Part shown: positions 35,451 to 46,741 of the stretch, piece after piece
How positions within the stretch are numbered: the first letter of the stretch is position 1
Layout of the letters: every line of letters begins with the position of its first letter
DNA from: Fimicolochytrium jonesii
Lineage: Eukaryota
Assembly (NCBI RefSeq): GCF_025526975.1
Contig: NW_026515674.1
Coordinates: 806,001 to 870,000, forward strand
Reading direction: 5' to 3'
Length of the DNA: 64,000 nt
The notes under the pieces: generated by a model
The model's database searches: none
Told to the model about the DNA's origin: nothing
The model's input: only the letters and a program-made list of their open reading frames with translations
Position numbers and translations under genes: made by a program

Positions 35451-37319
35451 ATGACGATACCACAGATGTCCCCCCGCGACCACTTTCTCGCTTGGATGGA
35501 TGCCGTCGACGTCGCCGACACAACACAAACGTTCGATGCCATGGTGGCCGCCGCCAACGTCACCTCCTCCCAAGGGCTAGCTCTCTACACCGCCCTCAAA
35601 GCCGCTCTTCTCCCCATCCTGCCGTACCGCCAAAAAGGCTTGTTCACCGCCATCGACGGCAAACTCGCTGCCACCGCTACCCTCCGCGAGGAATCCTCGC
35701 CTACCGGCCGCATACTCATCAGCGGTGCCGGGCCTTGCGGGCTCCGGTCAGCGGTGGAATGCGCGCTTCAGGGCTACCACGTCACAGTGCTGGAGCTGCG
35801 ATCCCAGTTCAGTCGCCACAATATCATCAAGACGTGGAAGACGATCATCCAGGATCTGACGAGCTTGGGGTTGTCGCAGTACATGCCTGCCTTCCAGCCG
35901 CATGGACATCTACACCTGGAGACCAAGCAGATTCAACTTGTCCTGTTGAAGACGGCGCTGCTGCTGGGCGTCCGGGTGCAGTATGATCAGGGCCTTTGTG
36001 GCTTGATCGAGCCCATTTCTGGAGTCGATGCTCCGACGGCGTGGACAGGGTGGTCGTTACCCGCCGCAGAGGCAAAGGCGATCGTCAAGAGCAAGAACAA
36101 TGCCGTTGCCGTGGATTCCACCGGCAACGAGAGTGCGGACGCTAATGAAAAGGAAGAGATGAGCGAGGAGGATACCCCGGCGGAGCTGGCCTTCCGCCAC
36201 TCTGAAGCCAACCTCGACGGCGCCGAGAAGCGATCGAAAGTAGACTTTGTCGAACGTGCGAGCTCACAAGACGGCGTCATCACCCGCGCGGCGGCTGTAC
36301 ATACGATACCCTCGCATGCCGTAAAACACGAATTCGACGCCTTACTTGTAGCCGAAGGCGAATCCTCCCGGCTGCTCCGCAATCTCGGCTTCGACCGCAA
36401 GTACGTGCGCTTCGCCGAAGCGATCGGGATGGTCGTCAACCTCGAGTTCTCCCCGCAAGCCACGGACGCCAAATCGAAGAGCCGCGCCCCTGAACTCCAA
36501 CTCCCCGAGTTCGTCGGTTCCCGCGCTCAAGCCGAGTGGCGTACCGGCCCGCTCGGCAAACTGGAGAAACTCGGTGTCGGCATCGAGAACATGGAGTACA
36601 TGCGGGGTCTTAAGACCCATTTCCTCGTCATCACCGTCAAACGAGCATCCCTACATGAAGCCGGCGTCCTGCGCAACAACGAAGGCACCGTCCACGACGT
36701 CCTATCACCCACCAACGTCGACATCACCCAACTCCGCTCATTCGCCCGTCACACGGCCTCCTCGGTCGGCGTGCCCCCCGACGCGCCCTTCTGCGCACAA
36801 CACGGCGTGCAGCTCTTCGACTTTTCCGCAAAAGCCATGACGATGCAATCCCTCAAATTCCTCAGCCCCGCCGATGACCCCACCCATCCAACCGCGGTCG
36901 TCCTCCCCATCGGCGACGCCTTCCAAAACCCGTTCTGGCCACAGGGCCTCGGCATCAACCGCGGGTTCCACACCAGCCTTGACGCCGTGTACGCCGCGCA
37001 CTTGTTCATCACCACCCACGACACCGCGCTGGTCGAGCTGGAGCGCGGGTTTGCGCGCCGCACGTCCGAGTGGATGGCGTTTGCTGAACATTACTGCGTG
37101 CAGCCCAACCCGGCGGGACATTGGACTTCCGACCCTGTCACGCGGTACGCGCCGCGGCTGTACCAGAGCATGTATTTGAGTGAGAAGAGTGATCCGACGG
37201 CGAGGAAGGTTACGGAGCAGTTTAGGGGGATGAATGAGAGGGATTTGGAGAGGAAGAGGGCGCAGATTCCTGTGCCGGAGAGGGTGAAGGTTGCGCTGGG
37301 GTTGGATGAGCCACGGTAG
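35451..37319 (+). CDS. MICAL-like FAD-dependent monooxygenase (MO domain only), intronless
   Basis: ILISGAGPCGLRSAVECALQG...VLELRSQFSRHNIIKTW...IQDLTSLG, IQLVLLKTALLLGV, FDALLVAEG, IENMEYMRGLKTHFLVITVKRASL, QLFDFS, IGDAFQNPFWPQGLGINRGF and DPVTRY parallel the MICAL MO-domain motifs in order. Confidence 0.88.
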   Translation: MTIPQMSPRDHFLAWMDAVDVADTTQTFDAMVAAANVTSSQGLALYTALKAALLPILPYRQKGLFTAIDGKLAATATLREESSPTGRILISGAGPCGLRSAVECALQGYHVTVLELRSQFSRHNIIKTWKTIIQDLTSLGLSQYMPAFQPHGHLHLETKQIQLVLLKTALLLGVRVQYDQGLCGLIEPISGVDAPTAWTGWSLPAAEAKAIVKSKNNAVAVDSTGNESADANEKEEMSEEDTPAELAFRHSEANLDGAEKRSKVDFVERASSQDGVITRAAAVHTIPSHAVKHEFDALLVAEGESSRLLRNLGFDRKYVRFAEAIGMVVNLEFSPQATDAKSKSRAPELQLPEFVGSRAQAEWRTGPLGKLEKLGVGIENMEYMRGLKTHFLVITVKRASLHEAGVLRNNEGTVHDVLSPTNVDITQLRSFARHTASSVGVPPDAPFCAQHGVQLFDFSAKAMTMQSLKFLSPADDPTHPTAVVLPIGDAFQNPFWPQGLGINRGFHTSLDAVYAAHLFITTHDTALVELERGFARRTSEWMAFAEHYCVQPNPAGHWTSDPVTRYAPRLYQSMYLSEKSDPTARKVTEQFRGMNERDLERKRAQIPVPERVKVALGLDEPR

Positions 37320-37629
37320 GGACGTATGTGGATAGATCTGGCATTTAGCATTAGAGAGACGCTCTATTTCTGTAGTTCAGACTTTTGGCCCTCTGTACAT
37401 AGTCTCCTCTTTGTCTTTCTTGTACAGAGATATCTCCAACATGTCACATATTGCCACGGCAACGCCTGAGCGATTGTTAGCGCGCGCAAGCACGCTACAT
37501 GATTTCGAGGGGGAGGTTCGCGACTAGGACGATTAGTACATTCGTGTTCATCTATGTACTTGGCAATGCGTTGACTCGGTGAACGAGCAAATAGGCAGAT
37601 GCAATGGCAGAAAATCCTCGCATCTCGGC

Positions 37630-40600
37630 TTACACAGGCCGTGCCCGCGGCGAGATGCCAAGCTCCGACAAAATATCCAGCCGTTCCCTCGCCTCTTTAC
37701 ATCCCCGCTGCTCCGCCTACACCATATTTCAAAAAAGAAAAAGCGCAAGTATCAGCATCCACACTCCTCTTCAACTCTACAAGCAACACGAACAAACCTA
37801 CCTCCTTATACAACCGCAAGGCCTTCTCAACATCCTTCCCCACCCCGCTCCCAACCTCATACAACGCCGCAAGATTGTATGTCGCCCGCGCATGGCCCTG
37901 CCGCATCGCTTTGCGGTACCATGTTGCTGCGCCCGCGTAATCTCCTACTTGCTGCTGTTCCCCATCCCCATCCCCATCCCCATCCCCATCCGACTGAACG
38001 CTCTTGGCCCCAACCCCGTCAGGCGCCTCGGTCCCCGTCCACCCCAACTCGAGCAATTCACCGAGCATGTTCTGCGCGTTGGCGTCGCCTTGACCACCTG
38101 GGGACTGGGAGATGTCGTGGGACGGGAGATCGGTGGATGGGGCGGCGGCGGCGCGGGTGAGGTAGGCTATTGCGGCGGGGTGGTTTTGGAGGGGTGGGGG
38201 GTGGGTGGTGTAGATGCGGGCAAGGCGGAGTTGGGCCTTTGTGTGGTTCTATTGAGGGTTTTAGGTGGGTTATTGGCGCAGGGGGGTTAGGGGGGTTGGG
38301 GAGGAAGGGAATACCTTGTCGGCGGCTTCTTTGTAGTACCGCACGGCCATGGAAGTGTCTTTTGGGAGCACGCGGCCGGAGGCGTCGGAGCAGCCGGATT
38401 CGTAGAGGGTTGCGAGGTTGTAGGCTGCGTCGACGCTGGTGGGTTGAACAAAAGGGATCGTCAGCTACGAAGTCCTGGGGTGCACAAGAGGAAGAAGTGC
38501 CTCACCTGCCCAATGTGATTGCGAGATGAAACTGGTGGATTGCTTCCATGAAGTTTTTCTGTCGACGAGCGGGTGTGATGAAGAATTCGTCAAGATATCC
38601 GGAAAACAACAAAAAAAGAACCACTCACCTCAACCAACGCCAAATACCCCAAATTATTCGTCGCCCCCGCATGGCCCCCCGCCGCTGCCAACTTATACAA
38701 CGTCTTCGCCATCACCACATCCCTCGCAACCCCCACCCCCTCCTCATAACATATCCCCAAATTATTATGCGCAGCCGGATCCCCGCTCTCCGCCGCCCGC
38801 CGAAACCACACCACCGCGTTGCCATAATCCCTCTCGACGCCTCCCAAGCCCCGATAATAGCAGCTGCCGAGCGCGTTTTGCCCGCGGGGTGAGCCGTGTT
38901 GCGCGGCGAGACGGTACCACGCGACGGCGGCCTCCGCGGGTGATCCGTCAGCGTCGTAGTTGGTTAAGGATTGAGGCACGCGCTGGAGAAGGGAAGCGAC
39001 GCAGCACATTGCATCGACGTGGCCGGCCTCGGCGGCGAGGAGGTAGAGCTCGTAGGCGGTGCGGGGGTCCTGCGGGACGCCTTTGCCTGTTTCGTGGATG
39101 CGGCCCATGGCACTGAGGGAGTCGGTGTGGTTGCGGGAGGCAGATTGTTGGTACCACCGGATGGCGGCGGCCATGTCCATGGGGCGCCCGAGGCCGTGCT
39201 CGAACATTGCGCCGACCATGTGGATGGCGTCCGTGGAGCCGCGTTGCGCGGCGGCCTGCGGGCGAAGCGGGGAATTAGCATCGCTTTGGTCAGTTCGCTG
39301 CAGCTTCGGCGATAAGGAGGGTAGCACACCATGTACCGCTTGAACGCAATGTCGTAGGAGCGGGTCACCCCGAACCCAAGCAGGAATTTATCCCCTTGCA
39401 TGAACAGCTTTTGCGCGTCATCCAACGTCAATTCTACAGAATGCCAGCTGCGTCAGCACCACTGCTGCGTAGTTCATGATACTCTATCAAACCCATTACC
39501 TTCCCAGTCAGGCGCCCCAGTCGCCACAGCAAGTTTCGCCACCTTCCCCGACGCCACCTCAGCAGCATCAGCACCATCCCGCGCCAGCGTCAACGTTAGC
39601 TGTATCATCTGCGACCAAGAAACAAAAAAAACACGTCAGTACTCCACACTCCTACTCCCTCCCCACAAGCCTCGCCCACATCTCACACGAACCCCCTACT
39701 AAACCTCAAAAAGGAACCACTCACCACATCCCGCCAACTCTCCGCCCACGCCTCCACCCCCTCCCTCACTTTCCGCGCCCGTCCAAACCCAACTTTCCTT
39801 CTCCCATACCGACTCAACCGGTTCGTCAGCGCTTCCGTGCGCCCGTAGAAAATTGAGAGGGCGCGGCCGACGGGGGTGAGTGGTTTTTGGAGTGATGGCC
39901 GTGGGGTGGGGGATGTGGGAGATGGGATGTGGGCGAGGGTCGTTGGGGTGAGGAAGGCGGTGGTGGGGGTTTGTGGGTCTGGGGAGGGGGCGGAGGTGGC
40001 GGTGGCGGTGGTGGGTTGCGTGGGAGGAACGCGCATGTAAGGGAGTAGGTCTGTTTTGCGCATATTGTACATTTCCTTTCACCACGGGGAAAAAGTCCGA
40101 GTGAGACACCATCAAAAACCCACCCACCACCATCACCCAACAACGGGCAAAGCACGCATCGGGACATACCACGACCTCCCCAACAACTTGTCCCAGCCGT
40201 CCATGCGCGGAGATACTCGACCGCGTCCGCACCGCCACCTCCACACATCTCTGCAGGCTGTCGTCCACCTGCGCCGCCGTGACGCCTGATAGGCCTGCCG
40301 CTAGTGCGCCAGCGGGGGCGCCGCGCGCGAAGGAGGGGTTCGTTACTAATAGTTGGGGTGGGGGGATGGGGAGGGGTTTGGTGTCGTGGCGGGGCTGTGA
40401 TGGATGGGGTGTGATGAGTCCTGTACTCGATATGCGTCGTCTCAATCTGAAGCGAAACGTACCTCAACCCCATTCATCCGATCAATCTTCTCCTGCAACG
40501 CCCGCTGATGCTCTACGCTATTATCAAACCGCTTCGTTGCGATGTTGACCTTCAGCGCCGGCGGTTTGAGTTTGCCGGACCGCTCCGTGATGGTGCCCAG

Positions 40601-40756
40601 GTTGTGCTTGGCGGGGACGGGCGGGCCATCGGATGGGGTGCGGGATTTCGGTTTGGATTTGGTGTGGTGCGGCTTTTTGGCGAAGGCGACGGATGTTGCT
40701 GCGGGGGAGGGTGCGGTGATGCGCGGGCTGCTAGGGGGTGGTGGACGTGAGGGCAT
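37630..40756 (-). CDS. Sel1-like repeat protein; multi-exon
   Basis: Repeated Sel1 units: GQNALGSCYYRGLGGVERDYGNAVVWFRRAAESGDPAAHNNLGICYEEGVGVARD, ATYNLAALYEVGSGVGKDVEKALRLY. The last exon AEQRGCKEA...PV* ends at 37630. Confidence 0.85.
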
Positions 40757-41974
40757 TTCTGCTGGACTTGCACAGGCTACTTATTGGGATTTGTTCGCCT
40801 GGTAGCTGGCAAGGAGATGCAGGTGTAGAGACAAAAGTCTGGTTCAACCGCACTACCAACCCCAAAAACGCCAGCATGCCGCCACGCAACGCCAGTAACG
40901 ACCGCATACTGCATTACGCTTGATGCGTGGGTTGAGAGGCTGGAAGGCGGGCCCGCACAGCGCCGTCTAAGAGTAACCGTATGTTCTTCAGGGTGCTGAG
41001 ATCTGAAAATAGGCATTGACAGGACTTTGACAGCGCGTTTCCTCCATATTTCCATGCGTCGGAAGTTCGGTACTCAGTGACTGCCCTACGTACCTACAGT
41101 ACCTTGGAGAAGCCCATCATATTGGCAATAGGTTTACAGTTTCTCGCCAGGTGTCATTAAGTACCCAATCAGGCCGTCATGAGCGATTTACTGTGGGGCT
41201 TCTTCAAAGTAAATCATTGGGATGAGGGTCCATGGTGCAGGGATTCCATTATATGAGTCGAATGGTGGGGGAGAATGCCCGAGAAGTGTCTCGAGATCGG
41301 GGGAACCTGTCGATGATTGAGGGAGACTCTATGAGCCATGTACAGTAGTATATCATTGCCATGCGCAACGGGGCACTCATCTCTGTCCAGCGCATGCATG
41401 AAGAGCGCCAAGCTTCTCATTCGTGGAGCCTTAATGCGGAGATTCTGGGGGCCAGGCAAACATGCCAAGTAGCTCTTGGCAAACTCGCGAGGGTCTCAAG
41501 ACCCGAATTATCCGCACGCACATACAGTGTCACCCATCGGTGCTTTGCCCTGGTTTCATTCACCCACTCCTCTCCATCGTCTTTGCCCGACAATTCGCGA
41601 AAGCGAACGGAAGAACGTCTCTCCGATCATCTGTCACAGACTCCGCAGAGGAAGGTGCTCTTGGTGAATCGCCCGTCACAGATTTTCAACAGCAACGACG
41701 CTGACATCACTGCTGCTGCGGCAAGGCTTCACCCGTGGTCCTCAAATAGATCCAGCGCGGGCCTGTAGGCTGAATGAGCCTGTGAGGGAGGGTTTGTCAC
41801 CGTTTGTGTCTGTTTGTGGACTGAAGATCGGCTGCGGTTGTTCCCCGGTCAATGAATAGACAGGAGACTAGCCAGGCCGCCCACCAGCCCGCGCCGATCT
41901 CCTATTTTTATTGCCTCGTCGCCGCCGTTCTGTTCTCGGGTTCAACTACTACTAGTATACAGTACTCCTCCAGG

Positions 41975-42001
<27 letters not shown>
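41975..42001. repeat. (GA)13 microsatellite upstream of the histidine kinase
   Basis: Uninterrupted GA run visible in the sequence. Confidence 0.95.
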
Positions 42002-42005
<4 letters not shown>

Positions 42006-42244
42006 TTAGGGCCTGCACCTTGCGCCCAACAAAGCCACAGCAGGGACTGCGACTGTGGGGCTGGGGGCCCTGCTCTACGAACGAGGCACGCCTTCCAGAA
42101 CAGAACTGCTCCGCGGAGGACGGAAGAAACAGGCGCTCGTTGCTCGCTTATCCTCAGAGAACACACAGAACAAACCACACCCACCGCCAGGCCCGTGAAC
42201 AAGAACACCCTCCGCAACTCCCACCGCAGTGGTCGCGAAAATAA

Positions 42245-45200
42245 ATGGCTTCAAAGACGATCCGCTTCAGTCCGACAGACCGCCTCCAGGAATACTGGAG
42301 GGCCGCGAAGAAGGCCCTGGCGCCTTCCGCACCTTCCGAAACACAGAGCGACGCTGCATCTTCGGACAGCTCCTGGGCTACCGATGCGAACCGTAAAGAG
42401 GGGATGGTGGAGGAAGTTGACGACGGAAACATGACCGAAGAGATTATCGTAGACTCAGAGTTCCTGGCCATACCTTCAAAGCCCTTGGGAATGAACAGCC
42501 GGTCCCACTCGTTCAGCGTGAATAGCACGACCACCAACACACAAACGGAGACGACTGGCCACGAGTTAGAGTCTGCTTGGTCACAGACAACCGGAGAGAG
42601 CGGGTTCCCGCGGTCGTTAGTATTCACCAACTCGAGAGCGATTATCGCCGTGAGGAGATACTTCAACCTTTCGTTCGAAGGAGACGATACGGAACGCACC
42701 TACATGAAGGAACGATGGTACCAAAGAAAAGCGCTAGCACTTCTAGCGGCTGGGTTTGCGCTGGTGGTGTGGATCCTCAGTCTGGCGGTGGTCAATCCGC
42801 AGCCATATACCACATACAACAAGTGGGCGGCAGGATGTACTGCAGTTATCACGGTGCTCCTTATCGTCGCGGTGGCAGCAAATGCACCACAAGCCCACCC
42901 CATCAAGTGGCAAATCCTGCTTTACCTGATGACGCTCTGCTGGCCAACCATTCTGGTCGTCGAGATGAGAACTTGTGGATTCTACCACGATCAAACCGCA
43001 GGCGTGTTTGGCGGGCCTGGGTGCGGAGCAAAGGATTTCTCTCTGACAATATTCTACGCCGCTGCGTTTGTAACGACGTCGTTGTTTGCGTTGGGGCAAA
43101 CGCGTCTGTGGTCAGGTGCTGTCGTGATATCGTTCTTGGCGCTGATATGCGCCGTCATTGTTCCTGTGCGCATCTACTACCTGCGTGCGGCAACGGTGTA
43201 CGTGATCTACGGCATCTTTGTCAACTACATGTCATATTGCCATGAGAGGGTACGTTCTCCTGTCCGTTTTAGCAATTCACACCCGATTGCGAAAGACTTT
43301 CCCAAAGGCCAATCTCTAACCGGTGCCACCCAAATGGCAAATCAGCTAGATCGAAAGAACTTCCTCATGCGCGACCAGCTCAAACGGCAGTACCGCGCCA
43401 CCCAGCGCGCGCGGCACCTCGAGTACAAAGCCGCCGACAGCAAACGCCGGTTCGTCAACTACATCTTCCACGAGGTCCGCGTCCCCCTCAACGCTGCATC
43501 GCTGGCCGTGCAGAATCTCGTTGGGGAAGGGTGTTTCGATAATGTGGAAGGCGAGCAGATGGATGTCGTTAATGCCCTGAGGGGCAGTCTGGGCATGATG
43601 GCGAAAGTGCTTAATGATGTGTTGGATTTTGAGCGCATGCAAAGTGGGAAGCTGATTTGTGCAGAGTCGCCGCTGGATTTCCATGAGACGGTTAGGTCGT
43701 TGCTTGTTAGTGCCAAGGTCGTGGCGAATACCCGAGGGTAGGTGTCTTTTGCATCAAACGCAGATGGTCTGGTCTCGCTCATATCTCGACGCACTCGTAC
43801 CATTCGCAGATTGAAACTGAACATTGACCTGGACGAAGAAATCGACAACCTCCAAAATCGCAAAGTGATCACCGGCGACGAGATGCGGCTCCGGCAAGTC
43901 CTCTCCAACCTCGTATCCAACGCATGCAAGTTCACAAACGTAGGCGGGTCCGTCACCGTCACCACCAAATTGCTGTTCCCGACATCCGACATCAGATCTG
44001 GGATATCAGCGCCACCCACGTCGTTGGAGGAATCGCCGCCGGTGTTGGGGAGTCCGTCGGAGTGCCAGATTGAGGTGTTGGATGTGGATGCGCCGTTGGA
44101 GGATGAGGGGGAGACTTCTGCTATTATACGTGAGTTAGTGGTTGTTTCAATTCAATCTTGGGGATGTGAGGATGTGAGTTTACAGATTCTAACCAATTAT
44201 TGTCACGATACGTAGGTATGGAAGTGCAGGACACAGGTGTCGGGATAAAGAAGCAAGACATGGTCGGCAACAAACTCTTCTCCCCCTACGTCCAAACCGA
44301 CGAAGGCCGGCGACAAGGCGGCAAAGGCACAGGCCTAGGCCTCGCGCTCGTCCGGCACATCGTCAAACTCTCCGGCGGGCGACTCGGCGTCAAATCCCGC
44401 CGCGGACAAGGCAGTATCTTCTGGGTCGAAATGCCCTTCGGCCTCACCAATGAACGCGAAACCAACTCGGTCGAATACTCTCCACCCGGCAGCGAGCACC
44501 ACCACCCCGCTGATGATATCCCCATGGCGCATATACCCATGCTGATGGGCTCCGGCTCGGATGCTTCACTAACGCCCGCCACGCCTGTCAAGAAACATGT
44601 GCAGATTAACGAGGGCATGAATATGGAAGACGGGTTTGCGAGCTCGGACGATAGTATCGACATTATCGTGTCGACGATACCGCACACGGATGTGGACGCC
44701 GCGGCCTTGAGGGAGTCGCTGAGGGATTTCTCCAAAATATATGCCAAGAAAATGTCGGAGGATCAGCGGCCGCCGCATCCGTCGCTGAATCGGGTAAATA
44801 TGGTGGTGGATTCGGCGACGGGACAGACGATGGGACCGAGTGTAGCAGCTACGACGAATGGGATCTTCCGTGCGTCTGATGGTGCGAGGACGAGCACGGC
44901 CGCGGATGAGAGGTTACGCGCCGCGGGGATGCTGCTCAATAATCTGGAAACGAGCGCGAGGAGCGGGGAAAACACACCCGAGAGCGAACCTGTGGAAGAG
45001 ATCAACGGCGGCACTGGTGGTCCACCTCCCCCGAACGGCAAACTCCCCAACGGCGTCTCCCACGCCTCCTCCTCCTCCTCCCACGCCACACCCACCGACC
45101 GCGCCGCGCCCACCCTCCTCAAACGTTCCCTGCGGTCCAAACCCTCCTCCTCACACCCCTCCACGGGCACCGCCTCCCCCGCCATGTCCGCCGCCCCTTC

Positions 45201-45937
45201 CCGCCGCACCTCCAACGACGTGATCGGGGGCATCCCCCTCTCATCCCTCACATCCTCCTCCGCCTCCTCCACCGCGAAACCAAAGGCGTCGGTGCTGATC
45301 GTGGACGACGATAAGATCACCCGGCTGTTGATGAGCCGCCTGATCACGCGCCTGGGCCATTCGGTGGAGATTGCGGAGGATGGCGCGATTGCGTTTGCAA
45401 AGTGTGACGAACGCAAAAGGGCCGGTGGGGAGATGTATGACCTCGTGCTTTTGGATAATCAGATGCCGGTGAGTCCCCCCCACCCTGCAAATTCATCAAT
45501 ATTGTGGGCACTATTTGACTTGTGTGTGTTACTCTTTTTTTTTCTCTTGATTTCTTTAGGTTATGACAGGCGTAGAATGCATCAAGAAACTCCGCGAACA
45601 CGATATCTCCGTCTGGGCGTGCGGGGTCACTGGAAACGCCATGATTGAAGACCAGAACGAGTTCTATGATGCCGGGATCGATCGGTACGCGTTTCGCAGC
45701 ACAAAAATCTTTACCCCCCCACATCCCTTCTCACACCCAACTAACATATATATACATTTTTTTAGGGTATTAACAAAACCGGTAGTAGAAGCCGACGTCC
45801 GCGACATGATCGATATCGCGCTGCACCGACGCGACCCCCCCGTGCTTGGCCGCGACACGTGGCGGTCGGCGACGTGGAGGAGTGCGCAGATGCTGGTGCC
45901 GCCTGTGGCTGTTGTTGGGCATCAGGCGGGGGGCTGA
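42245..45937 (+). CDS. Membrane hybrid histidine kinase (~6 TM, HisKA, HATPase_c, receiver); multi-exon
   Basis: H-box YIFHEVRVPLN, N-box LRQVLSNLVSNACKFT, G1 DTGVGI, G2 GTGLGLALVRHIVKLSGG; receiver VLIVDDD...LDNQMP|MTG...VTGNA...LTKP. Confidence 0.93.
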
Positions 45938-46634
45938 GGCGGGTTCGCGTCGGGTCAGCTGTCTGGGTGAAAAACCTGGACGGTTGGGCGAGTTCGGATT
46001 AACCATACACACACATGCATACGAAGACCGAGTGGGATACCCGGGCAACATAACCCCCGGGGACGGAACGACAACACAACCCGTGCCCACTGACTGCCCG
46101 TTGTGACATACGCATCCCCCCTCCCCCACATGCCCACATAACCCGACACCACGCACAACCGCCTATCCCCCCGAATTCTTTTTTTGGTCACCCCCCGACA
46201 TCATCTCTCCCATCCGTCACGAGCATGGGTTTTCGTTGCATCACGTCCTGATGGGGCGTTGGGGTATGGAATTTCTTGTTGTTGTTTCTTGTTTCGTATG
46301 CTTGTAGTTAGGGCGTAATGGGTGGGGATATATGTGGGGAGAGGTTCGAAAACGCGTGTTTATGGTTCGTGTTTATGTTCGAAGTGACGGTGGTCCCATC
46401 GTTGGGCGTCTCCCGAGCGAGAAGCGCGCGTCCGACGTTTTTTTTTTTCTTCTTCTCGCAAAGTTATGAAACCACCGGTCTTCCTGCCCAGCTCTCTGGG
46501 TACATGGTATGTATGATCCCCCGACGGATACCCGAAGGTGCCGAATGGAAAAAAGAAAGTAGAGCCCCTCTATGTTCGCATCTGAAAGTACGGAAGACAT
46601 TACGCCCCCTCTGCAGATAATAAAGAAAAGGTGT

Positions 46635-46655
46635 GGGGGGGGGGGGGGGGGGGGG
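46635..46655. repeat. Poly-G tract (G21)
   Basis: Homopolymer about 90 bp past the GluRS stop codon (poly-C on the mRNA strand). Confidence 0.9.
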
Positions 46656-46741
46656 AGGGATGGCTCCCATGCTATTCTATCTACATGCAAATGCGGGGGG
46701 AGGGAGTGTCCACCACTCTGTTCTAAATCCGTAACCAGTGC

